From NCBI GenBank assembly GCA_900617105.1, contig UYFQ01000293.1, positions 1 through 46,314 on the forward strand: 46,314 nucleotides of DNA, read 5' to 3'. The position numbers and the translations under genes were made by a program. Below are positions 23,500 to 35,799 of this stretch, piece by piece. The DNA comes from Hydrurus foetidus. Its lineage: Eukaryota. Position 1 is the first letter of the stretch. Every line of letters begins with the position of its first letter. Under the pieces are notes generated by a model. It was not told where the DNA came from and searched no databases. It worked only from the letters and a program-made list of their open reading frames with translations.

Positions 23500-26122
23500 A
23501 TGATGACCATATTCGGCGCATTGATTTTCGTCTTAATCATATTCGAGGTCGCCCCGGTTCTTCCACCCGAAAATCTTGAGAATGGGAGAACAGATCATAG
23601 ACTCGAGCTCGCCACGGCTGAAAAGCACTCGTTCGCTAACACGGGGGTCGATAAAACAGGGTACAATTTTTCCTGTAGATAGTGATTCAGCGCTGACACT
23701 TACTTCACTGCAACTCCATCATGGTCAATCAATGACATATGTGATCTTATTTTCGTTCAGGGCTACACCTACAGAGATATCGAAGACAGTTCTTACAAGA
23801 GAAATCACTTTCTCAACAGCGCAGAAGCCAGCGGCAGCCGCTGCTTTGTCTACAGTGCAAGCCACCATCACGACTGTCGCTGGAGGTGCTGTGGCTGGCA
23901 GAGGTGGAGACGGAGGTCAAGCGACATCATCACAACTGAACAACCCTGTAGCCGTCACTATCGATGCGTCCCGCAACATCTACATCGTGGACACGAATAA
24001 TGACATCATCAGAATGGTAGCCAAGAGCACCGGCATCATCACCACCGTGGCTGGTAACGGACAGAGAGGGTTCGGTGGGGACGGAGGTCAAGCGACGTCA
24101 GCTCAGTTAATGTCTCCTCGAGGTGTTGTAGTGGATGCATCTGGCGACATGTACATTGTTGATACTGACAATAATCGCATTCGCAAGGTGACGAAGAGCA
24201 CCGGTGTCATGAGTACTGTTGCTGGAACTGGACTGGGCGGATTCAGTGGGGACGGAGGTCAAGCGACGGCAGCCAATTTGTGGCATCCTCGAGATGTTGC
24301 ATTAGATGCATATGGCAACATCTATATAGCTGACCTTGGAAATCGTCGCATTCGTAAGGTGACCAAGAGCACGGGCATCATCACTACTGTAGCTGGTAAC
24401 GGACAATATTTGCTCAGTGGGGATGGGGGTCAAGCGACATCTGCAGTAATAGGGTTGCCTCTAAGCGTCGCCGTAGATGCATCAGGCAACATCTACATAG
24501 CTGATTACTATAATCATCGTATTCTCAAGGTGACGACGAGCACGGGCATGATCACTACTGTGGCTGGTAACGGACAGGCCGGCTACAGCGGCGACGGAGG
24601 TCAAGCGACGCTAGCGAAATTGCTTAACCCTGAAACTATCTTCGTAGATTCATCAGGCAATATCTACATTTCCGACAAAAGTAACACCATCAGGATGGTG
24701 ACCAAGAGCACTGGTATCATCAGCACCGTAGCTGGAAGCGGATCATCTGGCTTCAGTGGAGATGGAGGAGTGCCCGGATCGGCGCAACTGAACAGTCCTC
24801 TAGGCATCGCAGTAGATGCGTCAGGCAATATTTACATCGCTGATACTGGTAATAATCGTATTCGGATGGTGAGGTCAGACGCATTGACAGCAGTACCCAC
24901 ATCATCACCTACAATGAGTCCGACATCATCACCTACAATGAGTCCGACATCATCACCTACACTAAGTCCAACAAGACAACCCACGTCAATACCATCAAAA
25001 AAGCCAACAAAGAGACCGACGAAAAGACCGACAGTTCATCCTACAAAAAAGCCATTCCCCGTATCAAAAGTAATGATTACTACTGTCGCTGGTAGTACTA
25101 GGGTTGGCAGAGGTGGAGACGGAGGTCAAGCGACATCATCACAACTGAACAACCCTGCAGCTGTCGCTGTAGATGCGTCCGGCAACATCTACATCGCGGA
25201 CACGCGAAATTACGTCATCAGAATGGTGGCCAAGAGCACCGGCATCATCACCACCGTGGCTGGTAACGGACAGTACGGCTACAACGGGGACGGAGGTCAA
25301 GCGACGCTAGCTCAGTTGAAGTACCCTGTAGGTGTTGCACTAGATGCATATGGCAACATTTATATAGCCGACCCTGAAAGTTGTCGTATTCGCAAGGTGA
25401 AGAAGAGCACCGGCATCATCAGCACTGTAGCTGGCAACGGACGGAATGGCAATGAAGGTGGTGGAGGTCTAGCGACATCTGCATCTCTAGCCTGGCCTCA
25501 AGGCATCGCTGTCGATGTATCAGGCAACATCTACATAGCTGATACCAGTAATCGTAGTATTTTCAAGGTGACCAAGAGCACGGGCATCATCACTACTGTA
25601 GCTGGTAACGGACAATATGGGTACAGCGGGAACGGAGGTCAAGCGACATCTGCAGTAATAGGATCGCCTGTAAGCGTCGCCGTAGATGCATCAGGCAACA
25701 TCTACATAGCTGATTATTATAATTATCGTATTCGCAAGGTGACCAAGAGCACCGGTGTCATCACTACTGTAGCTGGTAACGGACAGAAGGGGTTCCGTGG
25801 GGACGGAGGTCAAGCGACGCTAGCTCAGTTTAATGATCCTCGAGGACTCGCTGTTGATTCATCAGGCAACATCTACATTGCCGAATCTGACAGCAACATC
25901 GTCAGGGTGGTATCCAAGAGCACTGGTATCATCAGCACTGTAGCTGGAAGCGTATTCAGTGGTGATGGAGGAGTGCCCGGATCGGCGCAATTGAACAGTC
26001 CTCTAGGCATCGCAGTTGGTGCGTCGGGCAATATTTACATCGCTGATACTGGTAATAATCGTATTCGTAAGCTTGATCATGTCGCGCCTGCACCTGCCAC
26101 TACAAAAAAGCCATCAGCATAG
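23500..26122 (+). CDS. Secreted NHL-repeat protein: two 6-bladed beta-propellers joined by a Pro/Thr/Ser-rich linker
   Basis: Proposed exon 1 at 23500-23660 (hydrophobic leader MMTIFGALIFVLIIFEVAP), GT-AG intron 23661-23760 with compatible phase, exon 2 at 23761-26122. Twelve ~56-aa repeats GDGGQATxAQLxxPxGVAVDASGNIYIADxxNxRIRKV in two blocks of six. Linker (PTSSPTMS)n followed by KKPTKRPTKRPT. Confidence 0.85.
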
Positions 26123-28237
26123 CCCACGTTATTAGCAGCTAAGAGGCGCATTGGATCGCCGACATCATTTGCAGGTCTGCCATGATCGTATCTGCGCTTC
26201 CATTGATTGGATCTACTCTACTTTGAGGATCCTCCCTCTCTTAGACACCTACGACTCTCCTACTGTACTGTATGCGAGGCTGTACAGACGATGACGGCAA
26301 AATTGATGACTACTCTCCATATCTTTTTTCACGTCCGCTCCTGCTACTGTACTAGCGGATTTCATTCAAAAACGTGAGATGACCACTCATTCATTTCTGG
26401 CTACGGCTGTCACGGGCTCTTTTATTATTATTTTTATTTTACATTCATCGCCACCCAATTGCCCTTCTTGTGCACATCTAGTGCAGATCTGAGCATGATG
26501 ACAAGTAGCCCTCGACAGCAGGTGTGACAACATTCCTTCCTCCGTTCCATGCAAGTGAATACCCCATTCTATCCGCCGCTCCCTCATGAGAAAATAACCA
26601 CGAAACCAATCACCAAAATTGATTTTTGTCAGCTTATCAGGGAGAGCTCACCGATTGCGCGGTGATTTACTTTCCCTCCTCTCCTCATTCAGAGGCACAT
26701 CAACACTCAACTGCACTTTTTATTTTTAGCACACATGTAGTTAGTCATATGGCACCACCATATCAAACGAGGTGTAATCAGTACTATTACACCTGTATTT
26801 CTTTGCAAGGCCTCATGCTTCATAAGTGCCGAAACTCGCCAATCAAACCTCATTATGACACAGATTATTGCTCGATGATCTAGTTCTCTGTCAATATATT
26901 GATGGTGTAGCCTAGCCTTCACATAATTAACAAAGCAATGATTTGCACACAGCTTTGTCCACTTTGATTCAGATCATGATTTATATGACACTTTCATAGT
27001 GCCTCCACCCGCTTTCATTTGACCAAATGACTCACACGTACGTCACACACTACTGTAAGTACATCTTCTGGCTGGTGGAGAGCCCGACCGGATTACAACC
27101 GTAGGGACACTGGAGGAGATTCAGCAAATTTATATATTAAGAATGTATCAGATAAATCGTCACAAGCAACTAACGCCCCAAGCGAGCAAAACGTCAGATC
27201 TTGGCCTTGATTGTGTATCACATACGATTCTGAACAACTGTGTGGGAGACTTCACTGGACAATATTTCTATTCGAGTCATGCGTTGTTCACTTTGACCAT
27301 TTCTCAAATATATTCGCCACAGCTTATCCTTGATGTATCTCAGCTTGAAGTTGCAGTCGGTAATGTTGGGCACATGTCAGAACACTGTGAATAATTTTGG
27401 ATCAGAATTCAGAGCGCGATAAACATGTTCTTTCCCAATACTAAAATCTCAGAAATTTGCTGAAATATTTGAAATTTGATTAGATTAGTGGTAAAATGAA
27501 TTTAATGAATGATTATAGTTTATCTAGTGTTCATTAGGAAAAAAAGGATGGTGAAATAAAACATAGCACTACAGGAGAATCGGGAGATGAAGTACCCATT
27601 TTGCGAGAAAAGAGTAATCAAATTAATCGATGTCGCTACATACACAGATATCATTACGTCATATACACAGATCTGAAGATTTTGGACTTCGTGCTGAGAT
27701 TCTGTATATTGATTTGATGTACAATTAATTGTGCACTTTGAATGTCGCATAGTGCAAATAAAATTATATACTGACTACAACTCCTTACATCGGAGTGCAG
27801 CGCATTTCATTTCTGTTGTTCACTTTTTAGTCGATCAAACTTCACGGCATACAGAAACATTAAATTCAGCTGAAAATCACGTCAGAGATTTTAGCGCCAA
27901 AACGATTATTCGCTACATCCCCTCGCTGACTTTCACCATTTCATCTCCCATCCCTCGATATTCCCTACCACCTCCATTGAACGAAATCAGCTAAAGTGAG
28001 AAACTGATAAAAATATCATGGAAGTGGATGGGAAGAGAGAAGATCGAAGATGAAGTGATCGTGCAGTTGATATAGTCTATCAGTAAAGAGTTCATTGCAA
28101 CACAAGAAATAAAATAGTTAATACTGTGGGGTTCGATAAGATAAATATTTCATGGTGGAGTCCGGATGATATCAACTCTTACGGGCTATTTGTACAGTGA
28201 CCAGTACACGGCCATTTCTAGCAAATGCCGGTAACAG

Positions 28238-29362
28238 TTATTTACGGTAAGCATTTGACCGGTACTCATCAACCGATGCACTTTTCTGATACTCCCCGTC
28301 TTTACTCTCGAAACGGATTTGATTTTTCTGATATTGAAAATCTTTGTGCGGGGAGTGCCTGTCAACACAGTCGTCCATTGAGTGCGATTGATAACTGTTC
28401 CTCGTCCCAATATTCTCTTCATGATCACCGTGCTCTCTTGGAAAATGACGCGACAAAGGAGGTGACTGTGGGCCGCTTTTGTACTCATCAAACACATCCC
28501 GACTGCCCTCTAACTGATCAAGCGATGACAGCACATATTGCAAATTGCAACGAACTAATGTGTTTTTTCTTGCTGGATCGAGGGATTGTAGGAAAGTTTC
28601 TGTTTCGCTTTCGTCCTCTCCCAAAGCTTCAAGAGAGAGCAGCACAAACTGAAGATCGAAACCTTCAGTAAATTCAAATTGCATGGAGAGGAGAGAAGAT
28701 GAGAACTCTTATCGTAGCCATAATAGCTGAGAAAAACAAAAAGTCATCGATCCACGTCGATATATTTAAGGTGAAGTTATGGAGACTAATTTAATGGTGA
28801 AACGGTATCTCAGTGTAAGAGTATTTTCTCCTGATTTGATGTTAGGAAGTCATATGAAAATTTCAGAAACAATGTCAAAAATCTTTACAGCATCAGAATG
28901 TCTCAATTGCATAGCACATGTACCTTTTGGATTCGAGTGCTCTGCAGCTTTACTCTCGGCGTGCGTCATTTGATGATCGTGTTCAGGGATCCTCTTCTCG
29001 ATAGCTGTTAGAGAGGTAACAATGTTCTCTATCTCATGTTTCGCATTCAGCTGCTTATCAGTTAGAGCACTAGAGAGCGTGTAGTTCAACTCCTCGTCCT
29101 CCGGATCTTTTTCTCCCAATGCAGCTAATGTTGCAAGGATATATTCGAGGTTGTATGCCGGCGGCAGAACTTCCTTCATCGTTTTGTCATTTACTTCACC
29201 TATAGCCCTCAAGGTTGCCATGACAGGCTGTAGATCCACGACAGAAACGATTGACGGCTTCCGACTCTCTTGAGCTGTATCATCTTCATCATCGACACCC
29301 AATTCATGCAAAGCAGACAAGACATACTTCAGATTGAATTTAACAGACTCCCGACGGCTCAT
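28238..29362 (-). CDS. Unknown ~287-aa protein with six copies of a short amphipathic-helix motif (2 exons)
   Basis: ORFs 28850-29362 and 28238-28684 share a motif. They join in frame through a 261-nt intron (28923-28663): donor AAAG|GTACAT, polypyrimidine tract, acceptor GAAG|GT, both phase 1. Confidence 0.65.
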
Positions 29363-29893
29363 TTTCAGAAGAAACTATGCCATGTGGAGCTGTGATAGTG
29401 ATAGAGATATGCTGTTCGTCAATTGTCTGTTCGTCAATAGTTCTTTTTTCCGTTAGAGTGAGGGGTTGGAGAACATCTATTGCGCGACATAATGATGTCC
29501 TGAAATTCGAGATTGCTCATCTGCTACCTTCCGTTAGTTCAATTATAAAAAAAGACGTCATCACAACTCCACAACTCATATCTTCGATGACACACAAATC
29601 AAATCCCGCAAAACTCTCTCTCTCGCAACTTAAAACTTCGTACACAGATGCAAATACAGTTTATGGTTTTTTTCGTATGCTTTTTTCGTAGTACGTTTTT
29701 TTCGCAGCTTTTAAATGGTATGCTCTCAGTTCGTAACTTTCACTTAATATCTCCCGTCAAATAACTCTTACTTCGGATCTCCCTATCAATATCTTCTCTT
29801 TTTATATCTCCCACTTATATCAATAACGTCTCTACCACCTAAGTTGATTATTTTTGATTTTTTTTTGTTTGAAAATTTCAAATGACTTTAGAT

Positions 29894-30400
29894 GTAGATG
29901 TCACAGTAGATGTCACTGTAGATGTCACTGTAGATGTCACTGTAGATGTCACTGTAGATGTCACTGTAGATGTCACTGTAGATGTCACTGTAGATGTCAC
30001 TGTAGATGTCACTGTAGATGTCACTGTAGATGTCACTGTAGATGTCACTGTAGATGTCACTGTAGATGTCACTGTAGATGTCACTGTAGATGTCACTGTA
30101 GATGTCACTGTAGATGTCACTGTAGATGTCACTGTAGATGTCACTGTAGATGTCACTGTAGATGTCACTGTAGATGTCACTGTAGATGTCACTGTAGATG
30201 TCACTGTAGATGTCACTCTAGATGTCACTGTAGATGTCACTGTAGATTTAGAAGTCAGAGTAGATCACAGAAGATGTCACTGTAGATGTCACTGTAGATA
30301 TCACTGTAGATGTCACAGTAGATATCACGGTAGATGTCACTGTAGTTATCAATGTAGATGTCACTGTAGATGTCACAGTAGATGTCACTGTAGATGACAA
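29894..30400 (+). repeat. 12-bp tandem array (GTAGATGTCACT), ~29 near-perfect units then a degenerate tail; left arm of the MULE
   Basis: Near-perfect 12-bp periodicity at 29894-30241, degenerate to about 30400. Confidence 0.95.
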
Positions 30401-31017
30401 TGTCGATGTATATATCAATGCCATTGTAGATGTTAATGACGAGGTCAATTACACATCCACATTCCTCGTACTCATGATCATATTAGCATTCATGTCCAAC
30501 ATGTTCGTATCGATCATCCATCTTTATCATAGACATGAATATATAGATCATACTCAAGTATATCTTTATGTACTTCATGTTCATAAGTTTGATTTATTAC
30601 GTTTCACTCCAGGTTGATTTCGATGCTGAATTTTTTATTAGATTACAGAAGCAGATATCGATCCTGAATATTATTTATTGAACTGTATCATTGGCTGTTC
30701 GGTATGACTGTTCATATTGAGATCTGTGTATCTAAAATATTTTCCAGTAAATGCGTTGTAAATTCTGGCATCTAATTTTATACGCCATGAATACGCAGTT
30801 ACCGAGACAGCTATCTTTTGACCATTTTGAAAAGTTGACTCGTAATGAATTAATCGATATCTTATGAATCCTACCTCGTGGACTCAAAGCAGTAATTGGA
30901 ATGACCAACTAAACACAGAGACAAACTTACTTAAAGTACAGATGAGCTAACATTGTACTGAATAGCAGTCAATTGGTTGGACACATACTATTCTTTTAGA
31001 TTTGCTAGCGAGGTTTC

Positions 31018-32752
31018 TCATCTCCTCTGTTGAGCTCTCATGGGGACAATGTCAGTTCCTGCACGAATTCGAAGAACTTCAATATTTTTGGTGTTCTGTT
31101 CCTTCTGAAGAGACTTGATGAAGCTCCAAATGTTGTCTTTTGCTTTGAGGTTGATGTTCATGTGATTATGCCATCCTGGACATTGATGAAATAGTTTTGT
31201 TAATGGCGTGCTCATCAAATAAATTTTACGTAAGAAATTGTACCTTCAAGGGCATTATTTGTTCTGCGGCCGTCAGCAACACTAAACAAATTCCACATGT
31301 TCTTTTTCGACATCCGAGTGTTTTAGAAATTGGCAACGAACTGGGCAATAGTCTCCATTGGTATCGCAGCGCATTGAAGAGCACCCATATTTAAAATCAA
31401 TTGAGTCAAAGTGGTATCCAAATCGCTCTCTCCATTAACAATTATTTGAGCCAGTGTCCTATCATATTCATTAAATTTACATGATGAAGCAAAATATCAG
31501 TATGTAAAACAGAAAACCTATCAATCCTTAGAAACGCAAGAAAATAGAACTTTCGGACGATCCGACGTAGCCCTGTTGCTTCATCTTTGTATGGCACCTA
31601 CGATTTTTGCTCGATAGTTACTGATGGTGAAACATCAAAATGGAGTATTCAATACAAATAGTTATGCTTACCATAAGACGCTCTTGAATCCATCTAAAGA
31701 CAGCATTGGTGAGATGGAAGAGGCATCCATGTCTAATGAATGGGGGTGGAAATTCAGCAGATAATGCGGGAAGAAGGCCGGTCTCAAAATCAGACATGGA
31801 TGTTTCCCAACATATAGCAATGTTCAATTCATGGGCTTTTTCCTTAATCTTGGCGAACAGTCTGGAGTATATGTTTTGCGTCTTTCCTGAAAGCAAGCAA
31901 TACATCAGGGGAATCAAACGTCTGCTTGTCCCTAGGAATGTATGTATTGTGAAGTATTGGTAAAAAGTTGCAGGACAAACTGAAAAAGGCTGAAGGAGAA
32001 GAGATCCAGCGATTGCTAGATATGCATACCATACGAGCAACACATACTCATGAACTCAGCCATCTATTACTCCATTAGCAGCATCAGCGAAAGTAAAATC
32101 GATAAGAAGGAAAGGAATATCTCCTTCTGCACTATAAATACTTCTATATTCTTCAGGTATTTGCATATCGACTGCATTTACGGGTAAGTGAGGAATATGC
32201 GCCAGACGCCTAGAGTACGCCGATCTTAACGAATTGGCAGTACTCATTAAGCCAGCTAACTCGTGGTTGTCCATAAAGATGAGATTAATCACTCTTTCAT
32301 AGGCTGCATTCAAGAGTTCTCCTACGAAATAAATTGCGAGACCAATTGATATTCTCATTAGAATTTGATCTAGCTTAAACATTTAAAACAAGCAGCAACT
32401 TACCAGCTGCTGCTTGATTAATTATCTCAGTGTGAGCCACATGGTTGGATATATCGTTTGGTGTAACGTTGCATACGTCATAATTGTGATCTTTCGCGAA
32501 AACAATATTTACGATACCCAGACCTAGGCCATCATGATTGGCGTCTGAGATCGGATGCAGGGTATTAATCGGATACGTCAAGGAGGCTTTGCATGCTGTG
32601 GTAGCACAATACCAGTGGCAGTCATTAATTACTCCTTCATGATTTCGGGCGATTTTGCTACGCTTAAATAGCTTATCATTGTAGCGGAGCATTGGTTTGT
32701 TTTTTGTTGAAAGCGTGCTGAAATCAAGATCAGCAGCATCAATTTCATCCAC
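31018..32752 (-). pseudogene. MULE transposase (FLYWCH-like zinc finger + MULE DDE domain), degenerate, with short introns
   Basis: Motifs NKPMLRYNDKLF...WYCATTACKASL...HN; FSVCPATFYQYFTIH...IPLMYCLLSGKTQNIY; MSDFETGLLPA; GCLFHLTNAVFR; GWHNHMN...NIWSFIKSLQKEQ. The expected DGTF and TNNxxE catalytic segments look disrupted. Confidence 0.85.
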
Positions 32753-32952
32753 CGTTCACTATGATTTGTTATGGGATGATAAAAACCAAAAAATATAAAT
32801 AACGCATTGACTTAATCTTGCGATCACAATGTGCATGAAAGTTTGGAACACTTCTCAACCAAAAAAGAGTAAAATTCATTGTAAAGTTAACGCAATACTA
32901 AAGCAATATTGTAAAGCAGTTTAATATCTTTCTTTATACTTCAGAGCTAACT

Positions 32953-33141
32953 ACTGTGACATCTATAGTAACTTCTACAGTGAGATCTACAGTGAGATAA
33001 ACATCTACTGTGCCATCAACATCCACATCTAAATCAGCATCTACAGTGACATCTGCAGTGACATCTACAGTAACTTCTACTGTGACATCTACAGTAACTT
33101 CTACTGTGACATCTACAGTAACTTCTACTGTGACATCTACA
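32953..33141 (-). repeat. Inverted, degenerate copy of the 12-bp array; right arm of the MULE
   Basis: AGTGACATCTAC-type units, partly arranged as a 24-bp dimer GTAACTTCTACTGTGACATCTACA. Confidence 0.85.
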
Positions 33142-33537
33142 TCTAAAGTAATTTGAAATTTTCAAACAAAAAAAAATCAAATATAATCAACTTAGGTGGT
33201 AGAGATGTTATTGATATTAAGTGGGAGATATAAAAAGAGAAGATATTGGTAGGGAGATCCGAAGTAAGAGTTGTTTGACGGGAGATATTAAGTTAAAGAT
33301 ATTAAATGAAAGTTATTAAGCTGGTGATATTAAGTGAAAGTTATTAACTGGGGTACATTCTTTTAAATAGAATATAAATACGAATATTGAGATATTCTGT
33401 ATTTATACCGTAAATAAGAAACAATTAAGTAACAAGTAATTTTTTGCATTGGCATCTTTTTGTCGTGATGCAGAGAGTCTGAAAATATTGCATCTTGATA
33501 AGACTCCCCACAATAGAGTGTCGGTTTTAGTCACAAT

Positions 33538-33836
33538 TTTTCAACGAATGAAGCTACTGTGGTCCTGAAGGGGCGGGGGCGGGGGAGGGGGAGGGAGTTA
33601 GATAGAGCGTCTTTGTTACAATAGAGAGTAGTTTATGTGGTTGAGTGAGTTACAAATTGGACATAGTAGCGAGAGATGATATCGAATCAAAATATTACAT
33701 CAAGATTATACATCAAGATGACATCCTGCTGGGTGGGGGAGAAACATTTGCGGGGGAAGAGGGGGATACAGGAAACATCGGCACTTTCGATCGCCATAAC
33801 TTCGAACTTCTGTACCGTATACAGACCAGGGCACCA
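33538..33836 (+). repeat. 299-bp direct repeat, copy 1
   Basis: Identical by eye to 35307-35605 (offset 1769). Confidence 0.95.
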
Positions 33837-35306
33837 ATTCATTTTTAGTTTACAAGTGTTGAAATCGAAAGTATTAACTCACATCAAAGAAGTTTGTACT
33901 AAATAAAATTGACTAACCGTGCATGGGGGACAGGAGTACTCCTTCATGAAGCCCCCTGAACCGATCACGGGTCATCCTTAACATTCGCCCTGCCATCCGG
34001 GCGCAAATAAGGTTGATGTCTTTTAAGAAGGTTGAGCAAGAGAAAGTCTGTGTACCACACAGGGAGTGGAGGAAGAGGAGGGCAGAGGGACCAAGCCGAC
34101 CGGTCGCCTCAATGGCGCAAGGTATCACGGATCTGGCGAGGAGAGGGGCAGGGGAGTTGACTCGGGAGTAGTGCTGGCGCTTGTTCCGTTCGCACTTTGA
34201 GGCGGCTCCGTCTCTTGTCAGGTGAGAAAAGGTGGGAGCCTTCTGATAATCCGATGCGGCAGGGTCAGCGATGACTATGTCGATGAGAAAGGTATCAGCA
34301 CCCTTGACGTACTTGATGTCGGTGCGGACACTGCGGTGATCACCGTCACCGTTGTCAATTTGACCGACTACGTACTCCATGCTGAGGTGGGTCTGTTGGA
34401 TGCCGGAATTAAGTTTCTTGATTAGCTGGTAGAGCCTATTCCGGATGGCATCGTGGCGAACGTTCCGGACCCCCTTGTTGAGACCACAGCTGAGAGCGTG
34501 AAGGGAGTCCTCGCAGGCGTCGAAGGACTTATGGCAGGCGCACACATGGATTAGCCCAGGGGGGTCGTTGGAAGGGCCGAATTCGAGCTTCGCTCTAGCA
34601 ACGCATCGAAACTCGTCCGCGGAGAAGTAGCCCTCGGCACCGAGAGCGATAGAGGAGTGGATGAAGCTGGTGGAGCTGTCGGTGGAGCTGAGCATCTATG
34701 CAGCATGTTGCTGTGAGCATGGAAAGTCGGCGAGGAGGCTGTGTAGGTCTGTGCTCTGCTTCTTGTAGGCGAGGTTCTTCGCTGTGGTGAGGATAGCAGT
34801 AGCTGAAGGGAAGATAAGGGAGAGCATGGTTTCTTCGTTAAGACCAGTGTGGTCTTCCAAGGCCTCCTGGCGCCCCAAGAGAATATCAGATCGACTCAAA
34901 TGGTTACTGATAATCTGATATTCGTGGAGATGATGGAGAGTGAGGAAGTCAAAGAAGGCCAGGCGAGACAAGATCTGACTCTTCTCGGTGGCCATGCCGT
35001 CGTGCCTGGTTAGACCAAGTCCGCCGAACTTGCGAGGCAGGTAGCACCGCGTGCGAAAGTCGTCGGTGGCTGTTGTCTGAGGGATTGATGCAACCGCGTT
35101 GCTCATCGAGGTATCGAAGTCGCGAGCGTATGGAGCGATGGCGGAGAAGTCAGATGTCGTGCGTAGGAGGTATGATGGTCTGGAGTTGTAGCACTTCATG
35201 AGCAGATGAAGGGCTGTGCGGGGGGTGAGGAGGGAGAGGACTGCTGTCGGTGGAGTCATGTCGGCAAGAAGTTGTCGGGCGTTGGTCTCTCGGGCGTTGG
35301 TCTGCG
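33837..35306 (-). mobile_element. 5'-truncated non-LTR retrotransposon of the RLE (CRE/R2-like) type, decayed
   Basis: In-frame ORFs 34696-35313 and 33913-34695 split by one TAG. Motifs: RT thumb YLLRT...LPRKFGGLGL; CAC...HALSC zinc knuckle; RHDAI; R(T)D...IDI restriction-like endonuclease; K...Y; IPCAIEATGRLG. 76-nt 3' UTR. RT core absent. Confidence 0.85.
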
Positions 35307-35605
35307 TTTTCAACGAATGAAGCTACTGTGGTCCTGAAGGGGCGGGGGCGGGGGAGGGGGAGGGAGTTAGATAGAGCGTCTTTGTTACAATAGAGAGTAG
35401 TTTATGTGGTTGAGTGAGTTACAAATTGGACATAGTAGCGAGAGATGATATCGAATCAAAATATTACATCAAGATTATACATCAAGATGACATCCTGCTG
35501 GGTGGGGGAGAAACATTTGCGGGGGAAGAGGGGGATACAGGAAACATCGGCACTTTCGATCGCCATAACTTCGAACTTCTGTACCGTATACAGACCAGGG
35601 CACCA
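35307..35605 (+). repeat. 299-bp direct repeat, copy 2
   Basis: Identical by eye to 33538-33836. Confidence 0.95.
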
Positions 35606-35799
35606 GGCATCCATTATCTACATCGACATATCACATTGGTGAAACCCTTCGAATATTTGATAGAATCTCTACCATGTTAGACATCAAGTAAACGCAATCT
35701 TTGACTGACGCAACATCTGATCGAAAAAATTATTGGAAGCAGGAACACGATCAGCTCCTGAGGATCTGCAACTTATCGCTCTCTCATCTACATAGTATC

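Larger units (their letters stand above)
29717..33359 (-). mobile_element. Mutator-like (MULE) foldback transposon with long, repeat-containing TIRs
   Basis: 9-bp direct repeat CTTTTAAAT at 29708-29716 and 33360-33368. Inverted core of ~180 bp (about 29727-29912 vs 33121-33350) plus inverted 12-bp arrays. Internal transposase remnants. Confidence 0.88.

Noticed and set aside
23576..23760. N-terminus of the 848-aa ORF as listed in the track
   Set aside because: It starts at TTG and runs through a probable intron. Splicing 23660 to 23761 supplies an ATG and a signal peptide.
26123..28185. Short ORFs between the NHL gene and the repeat-protein gene (likewise 39000-40100)
   Set aside because: No motifs, coding bias or consistent splice pattern; treated as intergenic.
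29854..30448. ORFs with CRCH, VTVD or TSTV repeats; CRISPR-like array
   Set aside because: These are translations of a stop-free 12-bp tandem repeat. There are no spacers and no cas genes, and the array sits in a eukaryotic transposon arm.
34696..34698. TAG readthrough or alternative genetic code
   Set aside because: TAG ends host genes here (importin, NHL protein). A TGG-to-TAG mutation in a dead element is simpler, as for the Harbinger stops.
33538..35605. 299-bp repeats as LTRs of a TRIM, or as a tRNA-derived SINE (ends in ACCA)
   Set aside because: No TG..CA pair, PBS, PPT or outer TSD was seen, and no cloverleaf or correctly spaced A/B boxes.
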